From Victivallales bacterium (GTDB lineage: Bacteria; Verrucomicrobiota; Lentisphaeria; Victivallales; GWF2-38-69), in assembly GCA_021733985.1 (NCBI GenBank), contig JAIPJT010000010.1, positions 3,115-67,114 on the forward strand: a DNA stretch of 64,000 bases, written 5' to 3'. The notes under the pieces were generated by a model, which was given only the letters and a program-made list of their open reading frames with translations, had not been told where the DNA came from and ran no database searches. Position 1 is the first letter of the stretch. Each line of letters starts with the position of its first letter. Of the stretch, positions 36,442 through 48,607 are shown in pieces. The translations under genes and the position numbers were made by a program.

Positions 36442-38586
36442 ATGGCCAAAAAAAAATTAATTACTTCGGCTTTACCATACGTTAATAATGAACCGCATCT
36501 TGGTAATATAATCGGCTGCGTTCTTTCTGCCGATGTATTTGCAAGATACTGTAGACTTAAAGGATACGAAACGCTTTATATATGCGGAAATGACGAATAC
36601 GGAACCGCAACAGAAACAAAGGCGCATCAGGAAGGATTATCTCCAGGAGAAATCTGTGATAAATATCATGAAATACACAAAAAAATTTACAGCCATTTTA
36701 ATATATCATTTGACGCATTCGGCAGGACTGCGACTGAAGAACAGAAAGAAATTGTACAGGATATTTTCAAAAAGATACTCAAGAACGGATATTTTTTAGA
36801 AAAAGAGACAGACCAGTACTACAGTAAAAGTCAGGGCAAGTTTCTTGCAGACAGACTGATAAGCGGAACATGTCCGAAATGCGGGTATGATGATGCGAGA
36901 GGAGATCAGTGCGACGGATGCGGTTCACTGCTCGATCCGATTGACCTGATCAATCCTAAAAGTGTTGCTGACGGCAAACCGTTGATCCTGAAAAAAACAA
37001 AAAACCTTTATTTAAATTTACCTAAACTTACCCCATTATTAAAGATATTCCAGGAGAAAGAAATGATTGAAGGATTCTGGACTAATAATGCAGTGACAAC
37101 AACACACTCATGGATGAAAAGAGGCCTGGAACCAAGAGCAATCACAAGAGATCTAAAATGGGGTATTCCAGTACCTAAAGAAGGATACGAAGATAAAGTA
37201 TTTTATGTCTGGTTCGATGCACCGATAGGATATGTTTCGATAACAAAAAAAGCTTTCCCGAATAACTGGAAAGATTGGTGGAAAACACCTCGGGAAACAG
37301 AACTTTACCAGTTTATGGCAAAGGACAATATTCCGTTCCATTCAGTTATATTCCCAGCGACTCAAATTGCGACAAAGGAAGACTGGACCAAAGTATACCA
37401 CTTAAATTCAACTGAATATTTAAATTACGAAGATACAAAATTCTCTAAATCTCGCAATGTAGGAGTCTTCGGTACAGACGTAATAAAATCGGACATACCC
37501 TCCGACTTATGGCGGTTTTATCTCCTCATCAATCGTCCTGAAAAAAACGATTCTGCATTTATCTGGCAGGAATTTTTTGATAAGGTGAACAATGAGTTTA
37601 TTGACAATATCGGTAATCTAGTTAACAGAAGCCTTGTCTACTGCTGTAAAAATTTCGAGGGTAAACTGAGAAAAGTCCCTTATACAACACAGCAGCAGGA
37701 ATTTATCGATAAGACTATCAATGCCGAAGTAAAAATCACTGAAAGTTTTGAAAATGTATCACTGCGTGACACTTTAAGGCAAATTCTTCTTTTAGGGAAA
37801 ACAGGGAATAAATTTTTCCAGGATCAGGCACCCTGGGTAAAAATTAAAGAAGATAAAGATGAAGTACAGGGAACAGTCAATATACTTGTTCACCTGATTA
37901 AAGACCTCAGCATAATGCTCCATCCATATATGCCGGAAACCTCTGAAAAAATTCAGAAAATGCTTAATTTTAAAAAGCTATCCTGGGACAGTATAGGCAA
38001 TTTCACTGAACTGCTTGACACCAAAACAGCCAAGCCGGAAATACTTTACAGAAAACTTGATGAAAAATTAGTAGAAAAATATAAGAATAAGTACGACGGC
38101 ACTATTAAAGAAGATCCCTGGAGCAGAATTGAACTTAAAGTTGGAAAGGTCCTCGAAGTAAAACCGCACCCGACTGCTTCACACCTTTATATAGAAAAAA
38201 TCGATATTGGTGAAAAAGCACCTAGAAGAATTGTCTCCGGACTGGTAAAACATTTCAGACTGGAAGAAGTTCTCGGAAAAAAAGTCCTTATTGTAAGCAA
38301 TCTCCAGACAGCTGAACTCAGCGGCGTAAAATCTGAAGGAATGCTTCTCTGCGCGGCAAAGAAAAAGAAAATGGAAATAGTTTCTACAGAAGATATGAAT
38401 ATCGGTTCCATTGCCTATCGCGAACATGAAGTCCCCACTCCTAAAAATAAAACAATAACAATTGATGAATTTAAATCTGCCGGTTTAAGAACCAAAAACG
38501 GAAAAATCCAGTGCGATGATGAAAATATTCTTATAGAAGGAAAACAGTTGACAACTAAAAAGCTTATGAATTCTAAAATCAGTTAA
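36442..38586 (+). CDS. metG: Methionine--tRNA ligase with C-terminal tRNA-binding domain
   Basis: PHLGNIIG (HIGH), KFSKS (KMSKS), zinc knuckles CPKCG/CDGCG, C-terminal ELKVGKVLEVKPHP OB-fold module. Confidence 0.95.
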   Translation: MAKKKLITSALPYVNNEPHLGNIIGCVLSADVFARYCRLKGYETLYICGNDEYGTATETKAHQEGLSPGEICDKYHEIHKKIYSHFNISFDAFGRTATEEQKEIVQDIFKKILKNGYFLEKETDQYYSKSQGKFLADRLISGTCPKCGYDDARGDQCDGCGSLLDPIDLINPKSVADGKPLILKKTKNLYLNLPKLTPLLKIFQEKEMIEGFWTNNAVTTTHSWMKRGLEPRAITRDLKWGIPVPKEGYEDKVFYVWFDAPIGYVSITKKAFPNNWKDWWKTPRETELYQFMAKDNIPFHSVIFPATQIATKEDWTKVYHLNSTEYLNYEDTKFSKSRNVGVFGTDVIKSDIPSDLWRFYLLINRPEKNDSAFIWQEFFDKVNNEFIDNIGNLVNRSLVYCCKNFEGKLRKVPYTTQQQEFIDKTINAEVKITESFENVSLRDTLRQILLLGKTGNKFFQDQAPWVKIKEDKDEVQGTVNILVHLIKDLSIMLHPYMPETSEKIQKMLNFKKLSWDSIGNFTELLDTKTAKPEILYRKLDEKLVEKYKNKYDGTIKEDPWSRIELKVGKVLEVKPHPTASHLYIEKIDIGEKAPRRIVSGLVKHFRLEEVLGKKVLIVSNLQTAELSGVKSEGMLLCAAKKKKMEIVSTEDMNIGSIAYREHEVPTPKNKTITIDEFKSAGLRTKNGKIQCDDENILIEGKQLTTKKLMNSKIS

Positions 38587-38611
38587 AATATAACACACCT
38601 CCCCCTATTGA

Positions 38612-38635
38612 TTCAGGGGGATGTTACACGAAAAG
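38612..38635 (+). repeat. Repeat family G, partial copy
   Basis: ttcagggggatgttacacgaaaag aligns with ttcaggggagatattgcacgaaaag of copy 1. Lies in the spacer between the convergent metG and hom stops. Confidence 0.55.
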
Positions 38636-38668
38636 TTATATTTTTCGGAAACTTTTCTTCGGGTTCAT

Positions 38669-39958
38669 TTAATAATCTTCTATTCTTATATATTTGATTT
38701 TTCCTTCAACCGTATTTAATGCTTCCAATTCTCTTATCGCTTTTAATACTTTACCTTCTTTTGTTTCATGTGTAATAACAATAATCGGAACAATTTCTCC
38801 GTCATGTTTTTCCTTTTGAAGGAGAGAAGAAACACTTATATTATTATATGACAGAGTTTCTGATATACCGGCAAGTACTCCTTTTTTATCTATAGCATGA
38901 ATCCTGCAGTAGTACCTCGATACTATATCGTCCATTTTGAGTAATTTTTTAAATTGTTTTCCTGTACGAAATCCAGGTATTCTTCTATGAGAACCGAATT
39001 TTAAATTAAGAGCTACGTCAATAATATCACTTATAACTGAACTTGAAGTAGCCTCAAGCCCTGCCCCTTTACCATAAAACATTGTCTCACCAACGGGTAT
39101 ACCGTCAATATGGACAGCATTAAATACATCATTTACTTTGGCCATCTGTGAATCGGATAGAACCAGCGTAGGATGAACTCTGATCTGAACATTATTGTTT
39201 TCATTTTTAATAACCGCAAGCAGTTTTGCCTTATATCCAAGTTCCGCTGCAAATTTAATATCATCTAAAGAGATTCCCCGTATTCCTTCAATATGCACAG
39301 GATCCATCCCAAACCATTCACCATAAGCAAGAGAAGCAAGAATCACGGCCTTGTGTGCAGTATCAAAACCATCGACATCAAGGCCTGGATCAGCCTCGGC
39401 ATACCCCAATTCAGTTGCCTTTTCCAAAATTTCAGCAAAACTTTTCTTTTCCTCTTCCATTTTAGATAAAATATAATTACAGGTTCCATTGAGTATACCG
39501 GTTATTTTTTTTATCTGATTACCAACAAGACCTTCCCTTAATACTTTTATAATCGGTATTCCGCCTCCGACAGAGGCTTCATAATATATATCTGCTTCTG
39601 ATTTCTCCGCTGCAGAAAATATCTCTTCTCCGTATTCTGCAAGAAGTGCTTTATTTGCTGTTACAACGGGCTTACCTTTGGAAATAGCCTCCATTATAAT
39701 TTTTTTTGCACTCCTAATACCACCAACTAATTCAACAACCACATCCACTTCATCGATGAGCTCACTGACATCTGTTGTTAATATTCCGTCAGGAACGATT
39801 ACCCCCCGGTCAGTTGTTATATCTATATCAGCAATTTTGGCCAGAATCGGTTTTACTCCAGTTCTCTTTGCTATAACCGTATCATTTTCAATTAAATATT
39901 TTACTACTCCGCTTCCAACATTGCCAAAACCCACGATACCTACTTTAAAATCTTTCAT
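38669..39958 (-). CDS. hom: Homoserine dehydrogenase with C-terminal ACT domain
   Basis: VGIVGFGNVGSG NAD-binding fold, central catalytic domain, ACT-like tail. Confidence 0.92.
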   Translation of the reverse strand: MKDFKVGIVGFGNVGSGVVKYLIENDTVIAKRTGVKPILAKIADIDITTDRGVIVPDGILTTDVSELIDEVDVVVELVGGIRSAKKIIMEAISKGKPVVTANKALLAEYGEEIFSAAEKSEADIYYEASVGGGIPIIKVLREGLVGNQIKKITGILNGTCNYILSKMEEEKKSFAEILEKATELGYAEADPGLDVDGFDTAHKAVILASLAYGEWFGMDPVHIEGIRGISLDDIKFAAELGYKAKLLAVIKNENNNVQIRVHPTLVLSDSQMAKVNDVFNAVHIDGIPVGETMFYGKGAGLEATSSSVISDIIDVALNLKFGSHRRIPGFRTGKQFKKLLKMDDIVSRYYCRIHAIDKKGVLAGISETLSYNNISVSSLLQKEKHDGEIVPIIVITHETKEGKVLKAIRELEALNTVEGKIKYIRIEDY

Positions 39959-40283
39959 ATCACTATACCTAACTAATATTTATATTTAATAATATTCGAA
40001 TTTCTTTTTTTTATAAAATAACTCTGTTTTATATTTGCTCAAGTGTTTTCTTATTTTGTACCCGTTTTTTTTAAACTGTCTTACTTGATAATAAGGGTTT
40101 TTCTGATAATGTAAAAGGCTGAAAATAGAGCTCTTGATGCTGCAATATGGCACGGTTCAGCAATACTTTATAAATAATAATAGCAGTAACCTGGGAAAGT
40201 ACCGTCCTTACTTCGCTATGTGTAAACCGTTCTATATCAACAGCCATCCCGGTTTTCGAAAACACTACAACAATTAAACTAAA

Positions 40284-41318
40284 ATGGAACACAAAATGGC
40301 AAAAAAAGAAAAATATAATGTAGCAGTTGTCGGCGCTTTGGGTATTGTGGGAAGAGAAATGAAATCAACTCTCGAACGAAAGAACTTTCCAGTTAATGAA
40401 TTCCGCCCTCTGGGCACAAAAAGGTATGAAGGAAAGGAAGTTATTTTCAACGGTAAACCCTGCAAAGCATTTCAAGCAGACCGTGACACTTTCAAAGGTA
40501 TTGACATAGCAATATTTTCAGCAGGCGGGGCTGCAAGTAAAGAACTTGCTCCAATAGCTGCTGAAGAAGGCGCAGTAGTTATTGACAACAGTTCCCAGTG
40601 GCGCATGGACCCCAAATGCCCTCTTGTTGTACCTGAAGTTAATCCACAGGACCTGGACTGGCATAACGGTATCATAGCAAATCCGAACTGTTCAACAATT
40701 CAAATGCTTGTTGCGCTTAAACCCCTTCATGATTACGCCGGAATCAAAAGGATTGTTGTTTCAACTTACCAGTCAGTTTCAGGTTCTGGTAAAGTTGCTT
40801 TTAACGGTTTAAAAAACGAATCAGAAGAATTCCTTTCAACGGGAAAAGTCTCAAATACCGCTGCATATGAACAGCAGATTGCTTTTAACTGTCTCGCTCA
40901 TATAGATGTATTCCAGGAGGGCGGCTATACAAAAGAGGAATACAAAATGGTTAATGAAACCAGAAAAATCCTGGATAAAACAATTAAAACTACTGCTACA
41001 TGTGTGAGAGTTCCTGTTTTTTACGGGCACTGTGAATCAGTAAATATTGAGACAAAAAATAAAATTACACGGGAAAAAGCAATAGAACTTCTTGAAAAAG
41101 CTCCAAGTATTACAGTTATGGATGATCCTGAAAACAATGTTTATCCTTCACCGATAATGACGAATAACCTCGATAATACTCTGGTCGGTAGAATCCGCGA
41201 AGATGATACAATTGAAAATGGACTAAACCTATGGATAGTCTCAAATAATATTAAAAAAGGGGCAGCACTTAATTCTGTCGAAATAGCAGAAACTCTTTTA
41301 CAAAGAAATTTAGTGTAG
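40284..41318 (+). CDS. asd: Aspartate-semialdehyde dehydrogenase
   Basis: VAVVGALGIVGREM, active-site NPNCSTIQM. The start may be the second Met at 40296. Confidence 0.93.
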   Translation: MEHKMAKKEKYNVAVVGALGIVGREMKSTLERKNFPVNEFRPLGTKRYEGKEVIFNGKPCKAFQADRDTFKGIDIAIFSAGGAASKELAPIAAEEGAVVIDNSSQWRMDPKCPLVVPEVNPQDLDWHNGIIANPNCSTIQMLVALKPLHDYAGIKRIVVSTYQSVSGSGKVAFNGLKNESEEFLSTGKVSNTAAYEQQIAFNCLAHIDVFQEGGYTKEEYKMVNETRKILDKTIKTTATCVRVPVFYGHCESVNIETKNKITREKAIELLEKAPSITVMDDPENNVYPSPIMTNNLDNTLVGRIREDDTIENGLNLWIVSNNIKKGAALNSVEIAETLLQRNLV

Positions 41319-41324
41319 AAAGAG

Positions 41325-41401
41325 TGGTACGCCCGGCGGGATTCGAACCCACGGCCTACTGCTCCGGAGGCAGTCGCTCTATCCGGCTGAGCTACGGGCG
41401 C
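41325..41401 (-). tRNA. tRNA-Arg (anticodon CCG), CCA encoded
   Basis: Minus strand GCGCCCGTAGCTCAGCCGGATAGAGCGACTGCCTCCGGAGCAGTAGGCCGTGGGTTCGAATCCCGCCGGGCGTACCA folds as a cloverleaf. Confidence 0.93.
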
Positions 41402-41546
41402 TTTCAGTTCCATAAAAATATAACAATTTATGTAATACGCAAACTGTATAAATATAAAAATATAATTTTAAATCAATTTGTTCTCGACAAGTCATCTAAA
41501 ATTATATATAATATATATACTATAATTCTGAGCTTTTTAACATTAA

Positions 41547-42854
<1,308 letters not shown>

Positions 42855-42882
42855 GTAAATGTAAAACAAATAATATTTTATT

Positions 42883-42919
42883 AAAGAAAGGCAGTTTAAC
42901 TGCCTTTCTTTAATTTTTT
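42883..42919 (+). terminator. Rho-independent terminator after eno
   Basis: aaagaaaggcag-tttaa-ctgcctttcttt perfect 12-bp stem followed by aatttttt. Confidence 0.85.
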
Positions 42920-42958
42920 CTTCCATACATTTCCCCGAAAGATAAAGATTGTTTGAAT

Positions 42959-43726
42959 ATGCTGGCTAAGAGAATTATACCCTGTCTTGATGTGACTTGC
43001 GGCAGAGTCGTCAAAGGTACTAACTTTGTTAATCTTGTCGATGCAGGAGACCCTGTTGAAGCTGCTGTTGAATATAACAACCAGTCCGCTGATGAAATAG
43101 TATTTTTGGATATAACAGCAACAAGCGACAACAGGACTACCATGGTCGACGTAATAACTAAAACTGCTGAACGTGTTTTCATCCCCCTTACTGTAGGCGG
43201 CGGAATCAGGAGCATAGATGACATGAGAATAATGCTAAACTCGGGTGCAGACAAGATTTCACTGAACAGTGCAGCTGTAAAAGAGCCTAACCTTATTAAG
43301 CAAGGAGCTGATAAATACGGCAGTCAGTGTATCGTACTTGCTATTGATGCGAAGAGAGATGAAAAAAATCCGGGTAACTGGACAGTATATACTCACGGGG
43401 GCAGAAAATCCACAGGAAAAGATGTATTGAAATGGGCAGTAGAAGGAGTTAAAAAAGGGGCCGGTGAAATTTTGCTTACCAGTATGGACAAGGATGGTAC
43501 AAAGGACGGTTATGATATAGAATTGACAAAAAAAATATCAGAAAATGTACAGGTCCCGGTAATTGCTTCCGGCGGAGCGGGTAATTTGGGACATTTATTT
43601 GATGTGTTAGACAGAGGCAAGGCCGATGCTGTATTAGCTGCAAGTATCTTCCATTTTGGCATGTATACTGTGCCGGAGGCAAAAAAATACCTAACATCAA
43701 AAGGAATCATTACAAGGTTGTCTTAA
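42959..43726 (+). CDS. hisF: Imidazole glycerol phosphate synthase cyclase subunit
   Basis: [33 protein letters not shown]. First ATG used; the ORF track starts at a TTG two codons upstream. Confidence 0.9.
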   Translation: MLAKRIIPCLDVTCGRVVKGTNFVNLVDAGDPVEAAVEYNNQSADEIVFLDITATSDNRTTMVDVITKTAERVFIPLTVGGGIRSIDDMRIMLNSGADKISLNSAAVKEPNLIKQGADKYGSQCIVLAIDAKRDEKNPGNWTVYTHGGRKSTGKDVLKWAVEGVKKGAGEILLTSMDKDGTKDGYDIELTKKISENVQVPVIASGGAGNLGHLFDVLDRGKADAVLAASIFHFGMYTVPEAKKYLTSKGIITRLS

Positions 43727-43733
43727 ATTTAGT

Positions 43734-44768
43734 ATGGGTAATCAGATCACAAACAAATTTGCTGAACAGAAAAAACGTTCTACTATAAAAAATCTGTTTT
43801 ACTTTTCACTGCGGGTTATTATTGCAGGTAGTATAATCTACTGGTTAATAAGCTCACACTATAAAGATTTCATAAAGGTAATACAGCATATTGAACCATT
43901 CTGGTTGATAATTGCAGGTTTTTTAAATTTAATTATCTACCTTGCCAGTGCGTTGAGGTGGTTCCTTCTGCTGAAAGTACAAAAAATCAGAATAACGTTT
44001 TTTGAAGCCTTTTCTTTAACAATGCAGGGGATATTTTTTTCACTGGTTATTCCAGGAGGAGCATTAGGAGGTGACCTTGTTAAAACCGGTTTTCTGCTGT
44101 CAAGAACTCCCAAAGGGCATAAGCTTGAAGCTACCTCGACTATTTTTATGGACCGTTTTCTGGGGATGTTCGGTCAGTTTTCAATAGGAATTGTTATGGC
44201 TGTTTTCTGTATTCCTTTAATCAGAAGGCTTGACTATGCTATAGAAGTTACTGTTTTGATTATAATTATGTTAAGTGTAGCCGGTCTGCTTGCAGGTATT
44301 GCAATTATAAACCATAGAAAACTTGAAAAAATAAAGCTGTATAACTGGTGTGTAAAAGTGGGCAATAAACTCACAAAAGGATATGTTGACAAAATTGCAC
44401 AGATTTTAGATGTCTATAAAGATGCTCATAAGACACTTTTTAAATGTATTCTTATAGGGACAGTTTTTATTCAGCTGAATATGGCTCTTATTCTATTTTT
44501 CATCTCGAAAGGAATACATTCATCCACTACAGCTATTAAGCCTTTTATATTGGGAATTTCTCTTGGAAATACTGCAGGGCTCTTACCAATCACACCTTGT
44601 GGTTTAGGGACAAGAGACGCTGTGGTTAAAGCAATTTTGTCCGGCGGAGGTTTTTCACCGGGTGATTCTGTCGCTATACCTTTACTGTTTTCGACATTTC
44701 TGATTTTATTCAGCCTTTTCGGCGGGCTTTTTTTCGTATTTAAAAAGAATAACACTGCAAAAAATTAA
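43734..44768 (+). CDS. Flippase-like / lysyl-PG synthase TM-domain family membrane protein (UPF0104-like)
   Basis: 344 aa, about 8 TM. ALRWFLLLK and GGALGGD-type loops typical of that family as I recall it. Confidence 0.6.
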   Translation: MGNQITNKFAEQKKRSTIKNLFYFSLRVIIAGSIIYWLISSHYKDFIKVIQHIEPFWLIIAGFLNLIIYLASALRWFLLLKVQKIRITFFEAFSLTMQGIFFSLVIPGGALGGDLVKTGFLLSRTPKGHKLEATSTIFMDRFLGMFGQFSIGIVMAVFCIPLIRRLDYAIEVTVLIIIMLSVAGLLAGIAIINHRKLEKIKLYNWCVKVGNKLTKGYVDKIAQILDVYKDAHKTLFKCILIGTVFIQLNMALILFFISKGIHSSTTAIKPFILGISLGNTAGLLPITPCGLGTRDAVVKAILSGGGFSPGDSVAIPLLFSTFLILFSLFGGLFFVFKKNNTAKN

Positions 44769-44903
44769 TTAGAGCCACTCTGAAAAGATATTGGCAATAG
44801 TTAATTGTAATTTTAAATTTATTCAGGATACGGCAAAATTAAATAAATTATCTGAGTTCACAGCCTTAGTTGACTTTTTTATCGAAGATTTTGCACGGAA
44901 ATG

Positions 44904-46670
44904 TTAATCTCTGCTGAGTTCGTGCAAGTTGATAAATTTTTCCACAAGTTCAGGGTTAAACTCGCTGCCTGATAGACCTTTAAGTTTTTTAACTGCTTCT
45001 TCTTTACTACAGCAGTGATTATATCTTATATCATAATAAGTGTCTGCCATTAAAATTATCTGGGATTCCATCGGAATTTTATTACCTTTCAAACCTAAAG
45101 GATACCCTTTCCCATTCCACAATTCATGATGTTTAAGTATAAAATCGGCAATTGGAGCTAAATCATAAGTATATGAGGCGATACGATGTCCAATTTCACA
45201 ATGTCCTTTAAAATTTTCATATTCTTTTTCTGTTAGACTTTCAGGAGCCTTAGAAAAAATTTCCACCGGTAACCCTATTTTACCCAAATCATAAAATTTT
45301 GCAAGTAATTTTAGTTGTTTTAATCTTTTGTCAGTAAAATGCAGCAATTCTCCCAGTTCTTTTACGTAGTTTTCTATTTTTTCAGTTTTTTCTTTTTTTA
45401 TAATTTTTTTTCTTTCTAAAACTCTAAAGAAATTATCTGCCAGCTTTCTTCGGGAACGGTAACTCTTCCGGAGTTTTTCCTGATACATTGATGCATCAGC
45501 TTTTTTGAACAGCTCCCGGACACTTATTTCTGAATTTTTGCCAACTGCATATCCCAACGATATTGAAAGCCTTATCTTCGGCCCCTTTTTATTATAATCC
45601 CTAATTCTTTTTCTCAATCTCAAACAGCACTCCTTTAGTATTCTCTCACTGTTTTTAGGCAGCAATACTGCAAACTCATCACCACCGATACGAGACACAA
45701 TATCATTCTGCCTGAAGCACCATTTTAGAATTTCTGCAAAACGAATTATCAACCGGTCTCCATTGTCGTGCCCCAGAGTATCATTAGTCAGTTTAAGTCC
45801 ATCAATATCACAAACTATAATACCGGGCAGAGAATTAGATTCTGCTTCATATTTGCTCATCTCTTTTTCAAAAAATGAGCGTGAATATAAGTTAGTCAAT
45901 GAATCATATATGCTCATTCTTTTCAGTTCGTCTTCCTGTTTTTTCCTGTAGGAGATATCCCTGATTGAACATAGCAGCATTTTTTTTTCGTCAAAATTTA
46001 TTAGAGTAAGCAAAACTTCGCCCGGAAAGGTTTTACCATTATCAATACGTTTAAATATCCACTCAAAGTGTTGATATCCCTGTGTTTTTGCTTTCTTAAC
46101 TCTTTTAGAAGCTTCTGTTAAAGAAACGGCACCCCCAGCCTGTTCCGGCGATAAAAAACTAAATAAATCCTTATTGGTAAGATCTAATTTATTATTAGTG
46201 CCGAACAGTGCGGAAGCTTGAGGGTTATATTCTAAAATCTTACTATTGTCAAGGATAAGAACAGCATCACTGGTAGATTCAAAAATAGTTCGAAACTTTT
46301 TTTCAGCGTTTTCAACATTTCTCCTGATATTTAACTGTTCTGACATCAATTCCCAAAGCAGTTTTGAGCTATGCCCATTAATTATATCTATTTTATATGG
46401 AACTGCTTTTTTTAGCTCTTCCTGTATATCGGTTTTGCCGGTGACATTTAAAATTTCATCAATTTCTTTATTTCGAATAAACTTATTAAAATCATTTCCT
46501 ACGGGTATATTTTTATCTTCAGCAAATTTTAGACCCGGAGCCTCCGGATCTGTATCTACAACTCCAACTATTTTTATTGTACTTATCTCATGAAACAGCT
46601 CTATCAGTTTTTTACCGCCGTTTCCTCCTCCTACTATAAGTATCTTTATTTCATCCATATTATCTAACAA
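44904..46670 (-). CDS. Multidomain c-di-GMP signalling protein: Rossmann-like N-domain, PAS, GGDEF, HD-GYP
   Basis: KILIVGGGNGGKKL; PAS-like FESTSDAVLILD; RIGGDEFAVLL; HHELWNGKGYPLGL. Confidence 0.8.
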   Translation of the reverse strand: MLDNMDEIKILIVGGGNGGKKLIELFHEISTIKIVGVVDTDPEAPGLKFAEDKNIPVGNDFNKFIRNKEIDEILNVTGKTDIQEELKKAVPYKIDIINGHSSKLLWELMSEQLNIRRNVENAEKKFRTIFESTSDAVLILDNSKILEYNPQASALFGTNNKLDLTNKDLFSFLSPEQAGGAVSLTEASKRVKKAKTQGYQHFEWIFKRIDNGKTFPGEVLLTLINFDEKKMLLCSIRDISYRKKQEDELKRMSIYDSLTNLYSRSFFEKEMSKYEAESNSLPGIIVCDIDGLKLTNDTLGHDNGDRLIIRFAEILKWCFRQNDIVSRIGGDEFAVLLPKNSERILKECCLRLRKRIRDYNKKGPKIRLSISLGYAVGKNSEISVRELFKKADASMYQEKLRKSYRSRRKLADNFFRVLERKKIIKKEKTEKIENYVKELGELLHFTDKRLKQLKLLAKFYDLGKIGLPVEIFSKAPESLTEKEYENFKGHCEIGHRIASYTYDLAPIADFILKHHELWNGKGYPLGLKGNKIPMESQIILMADTYYDIRYNHCCSKEEAVKKLKGLSGSEFNPELVEKFINLHELSRD

Positions 46671-46804
46671 TTAAACTCCAGTAAACATATTTATAACTTA
46701 TTTCTATAGTATAGCTCTTCTGTAATGTTATACTTCTTCATTATTAAATATTAGCATTTTAATGATAAATTTAAATTGCATTTTCCCGAAATAAACAATT
46801 ATAT

Positions 46805-46894
46805 TATACACAAGTGTATGCGGTTTTAGCGTTTTTTAAACGATGCCCAGCCGAAAATCGGACAGCATTTCTCAAAAAATAAATCGTCTGGGGG
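46805..46894 (-). repeat. Repeat family E, long form, copy 2 (core at 46806-46819)
   Basis: tatacacaagtgtatgcggttttagcgttttttaaacgatgcccagccgaaaatcggacagcatttctcaaaaaataaatcgtctgggg. Confidence 0.85.
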
Positions 46895-46933
46895 GTGTAT
46901 ATTAATTAATATTTTAACTTGGTGAAAAACTCT

Positions 46934-47530
46934 ATGAATTTAAAAAACAAAGCATGTTTTCTTGACAGGGATGGAGTTTTAATTGATGAGGTTAATTATC
47001 TTGCTTCCCCGGATAAAGTATCTATTATACCTCATGCCCTAAAAGCCCTTTCCATCCTTAAGGAATATAATTATAAAATAATTGTTATAACAAATCAAAG
47101 CGGCGTGGCAAAAGGATATTTTACAGAAAAAGAAATTACTGAGATACATGCTGAAATTGACAGGTTATTGGCGCAAAATAATTTATCTATTGACAAATAT
47201 TATTACTGCCCACACCACCCTGAGGGAAAAGTAGAGGGTTATAATATAAACTGTGATTGCAGGAAACCTAAACCTAAATTAATCCTTCAGGCTTCAGACG
47301 AGTTCAATATTAACTTGAAACAATCATTTCTTATAGGTGATAAAGTTTCTGATCTTTCAGCGGCAGACAAGGCAGGATGTCAGGCAGTATTAGTCAAAAC
47401 CGGACATGGCATGGAGCATATTGAACAAGCCCGTCAATTAGGTTTCAAAGTAGCAGACAACATAGAAGAAGCAGTAATTTTTTATTTACAGTCAAAACAT
47501 TTGTTCGTTAAGAAAGAAGCAGGTCGTTAA
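46934..47530 (+). CDS. gmhB: D-glycero-beta-D-manno-heptose-1,7-bisphosphate 7-phosphatase (HAD-IIIA)
   Basis: FLDRDGVL, VITNQSGVAKGYF, YYCPHHPEG, CDCRKPKP, GDKVSD. First ATG used. Confidence 0.88.
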   Translation: MNLKNKACFLDRDGVLIDEVNYLASPDKVSIIPHALKALSILKEYNYKIIVITNQSGVAKGYFTEKEITEIHAEIDRLLAQNNLSIDKYYYCPHHPEGKVEGYNINCDCRKPKPKLILQASDEFNINLKQSFLIGDKVSDLSAADKAGCQAVLVKTGHGMEHIEQARQLGFKVADNIEEAVIFYLQSKHLFVKKEAGR

Positions 47531-48146
47531 TACCACCTATAATCATATCTATTGCCGGCTGATTACGACCGCTGCTTGGTATAATTATATCTGCGAACTG
47601 TTTTGTTGTTTCTATGAACTCCTGGTGCATAGGGCGTACAGTTTTCAGGTACTGTTCCCTAACACTTTCAAAAGTCCTTCCCCGTTCTTTGATATCCCTC
47701 TCCAATCTTCTTAATATTCTAATATCACTTGGAGTATCACAGAAAATTTTCATATCCAGCAACTCTCTAATTTCCTTTTTTACCAGAATCAGTATGCCTT
47801 CCATAATAAGAATTTTTGTAGGATATACCTTTTCAGTTCTCTTTTGTCTGAGGTGTGTTGCAAAATCATAAACTGGTTTCTGTATTGACTTTCCGGACTT
47901 TAAATCAGTTAAATGATTTTTAAGGAGTTCAAAGTCAATAGACTGAGGATGGTCAAAGTTAATTTTTTTTCTCTCTTCCGGCATAAGTCCGCTGAAATCC
48001 TTATAATAAGAATCAAGGTCAATCCATCCCACATTCCTATTCTTGAAAGATCTCATTATCTTTTTTACTACAGTTGTTTTACCGCTGGCAGACCCGCCCG
48101 CTATACCTATAACAATTATGTTATTATCATTAGTTTTTTCTGTCAT
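47508..48146 (-). CDS. udk: Uridine kinase
   Basis: P-loop GIAGGSASGKTTV, DSYY, FDHP. The start may be 8 codons further upstream (48170). Confidence 0.9.
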   Translation of the reverse strand: MTEKTNDNNIIVIGIAGGSASGKTTVVKKIMRSFKNRNVGWIDLDSYYKDFSGLMPEERKKINFDHPQSIDFELLKNHLTDLKSGKSIQKPVYDFATHLRQKRTEKVYPTKILIMEGILILVKKEIRELLDMKIFCDTPSDIRILRRLERDIKERGRTFESVREQYLKTVRPMHQEFIETTKQFADIIIPSSGRNQPAIDMIIGGINDLLLS

Positions 48147-48180
48147 TATATCCTTTCCTTCCAGTAACATTGCCCTTAAT

Positions 48181-48555
48181 TTAGTTATAAGTAAAAACAG
48201 CCTTTGTCAATTCCCTGCCGTTGTATATACCTGATACTATAACCTCATCACAAAGACTACACTTCGGGACTTCAGTAAAAAATGCTTTTATTTTGTATTT
48301 ATCATCTTTAATAAAAACAACATATTTTTTATCATGAACAACTGCAAGCCCCATGACTTTTCCCGAAACCTGCACTTCCTTGTTTATATATTTTGTTCCG
48401 GAAGTTTTAACATCCTTTATAGTAGTTTTTATTGCCTGTTCAGGATTCACAACCTTATTTACGGTATCAACAGTATCCGCAACTTTATCAAGCCATCCGC
48501 CAAACGCAGTACAGCAGCACAACAGTAAAACTGTTATAATTGTTTTCTTTTTCAT
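48181..48555 (-). CDS. Small secreted protein or lipoprotein, unknown function
   Basis: MKKKTIITVLLLCCCTAFGG signal or lipobox-like N-terminus, 124 aa. Confidence 0.55.
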   Translation of the reverse strand: MKKKTIITVLLLCCCTAFGGWLDKVADTVDTVNKVVNPEQAIKTTIKDVKTSGTKYINKEVQVSGKVMGLAVVHDKKYVVFIKDDKYKIKAFFTEVPKCSLCDEVIVSGIYNGRELTKAVFTYN

Positions 48556-48607
48556 ATTGCATGCTCCTTTTACATTTTAGGGTTTTGTAAATTTGTATAG
48601 TCGTTTA

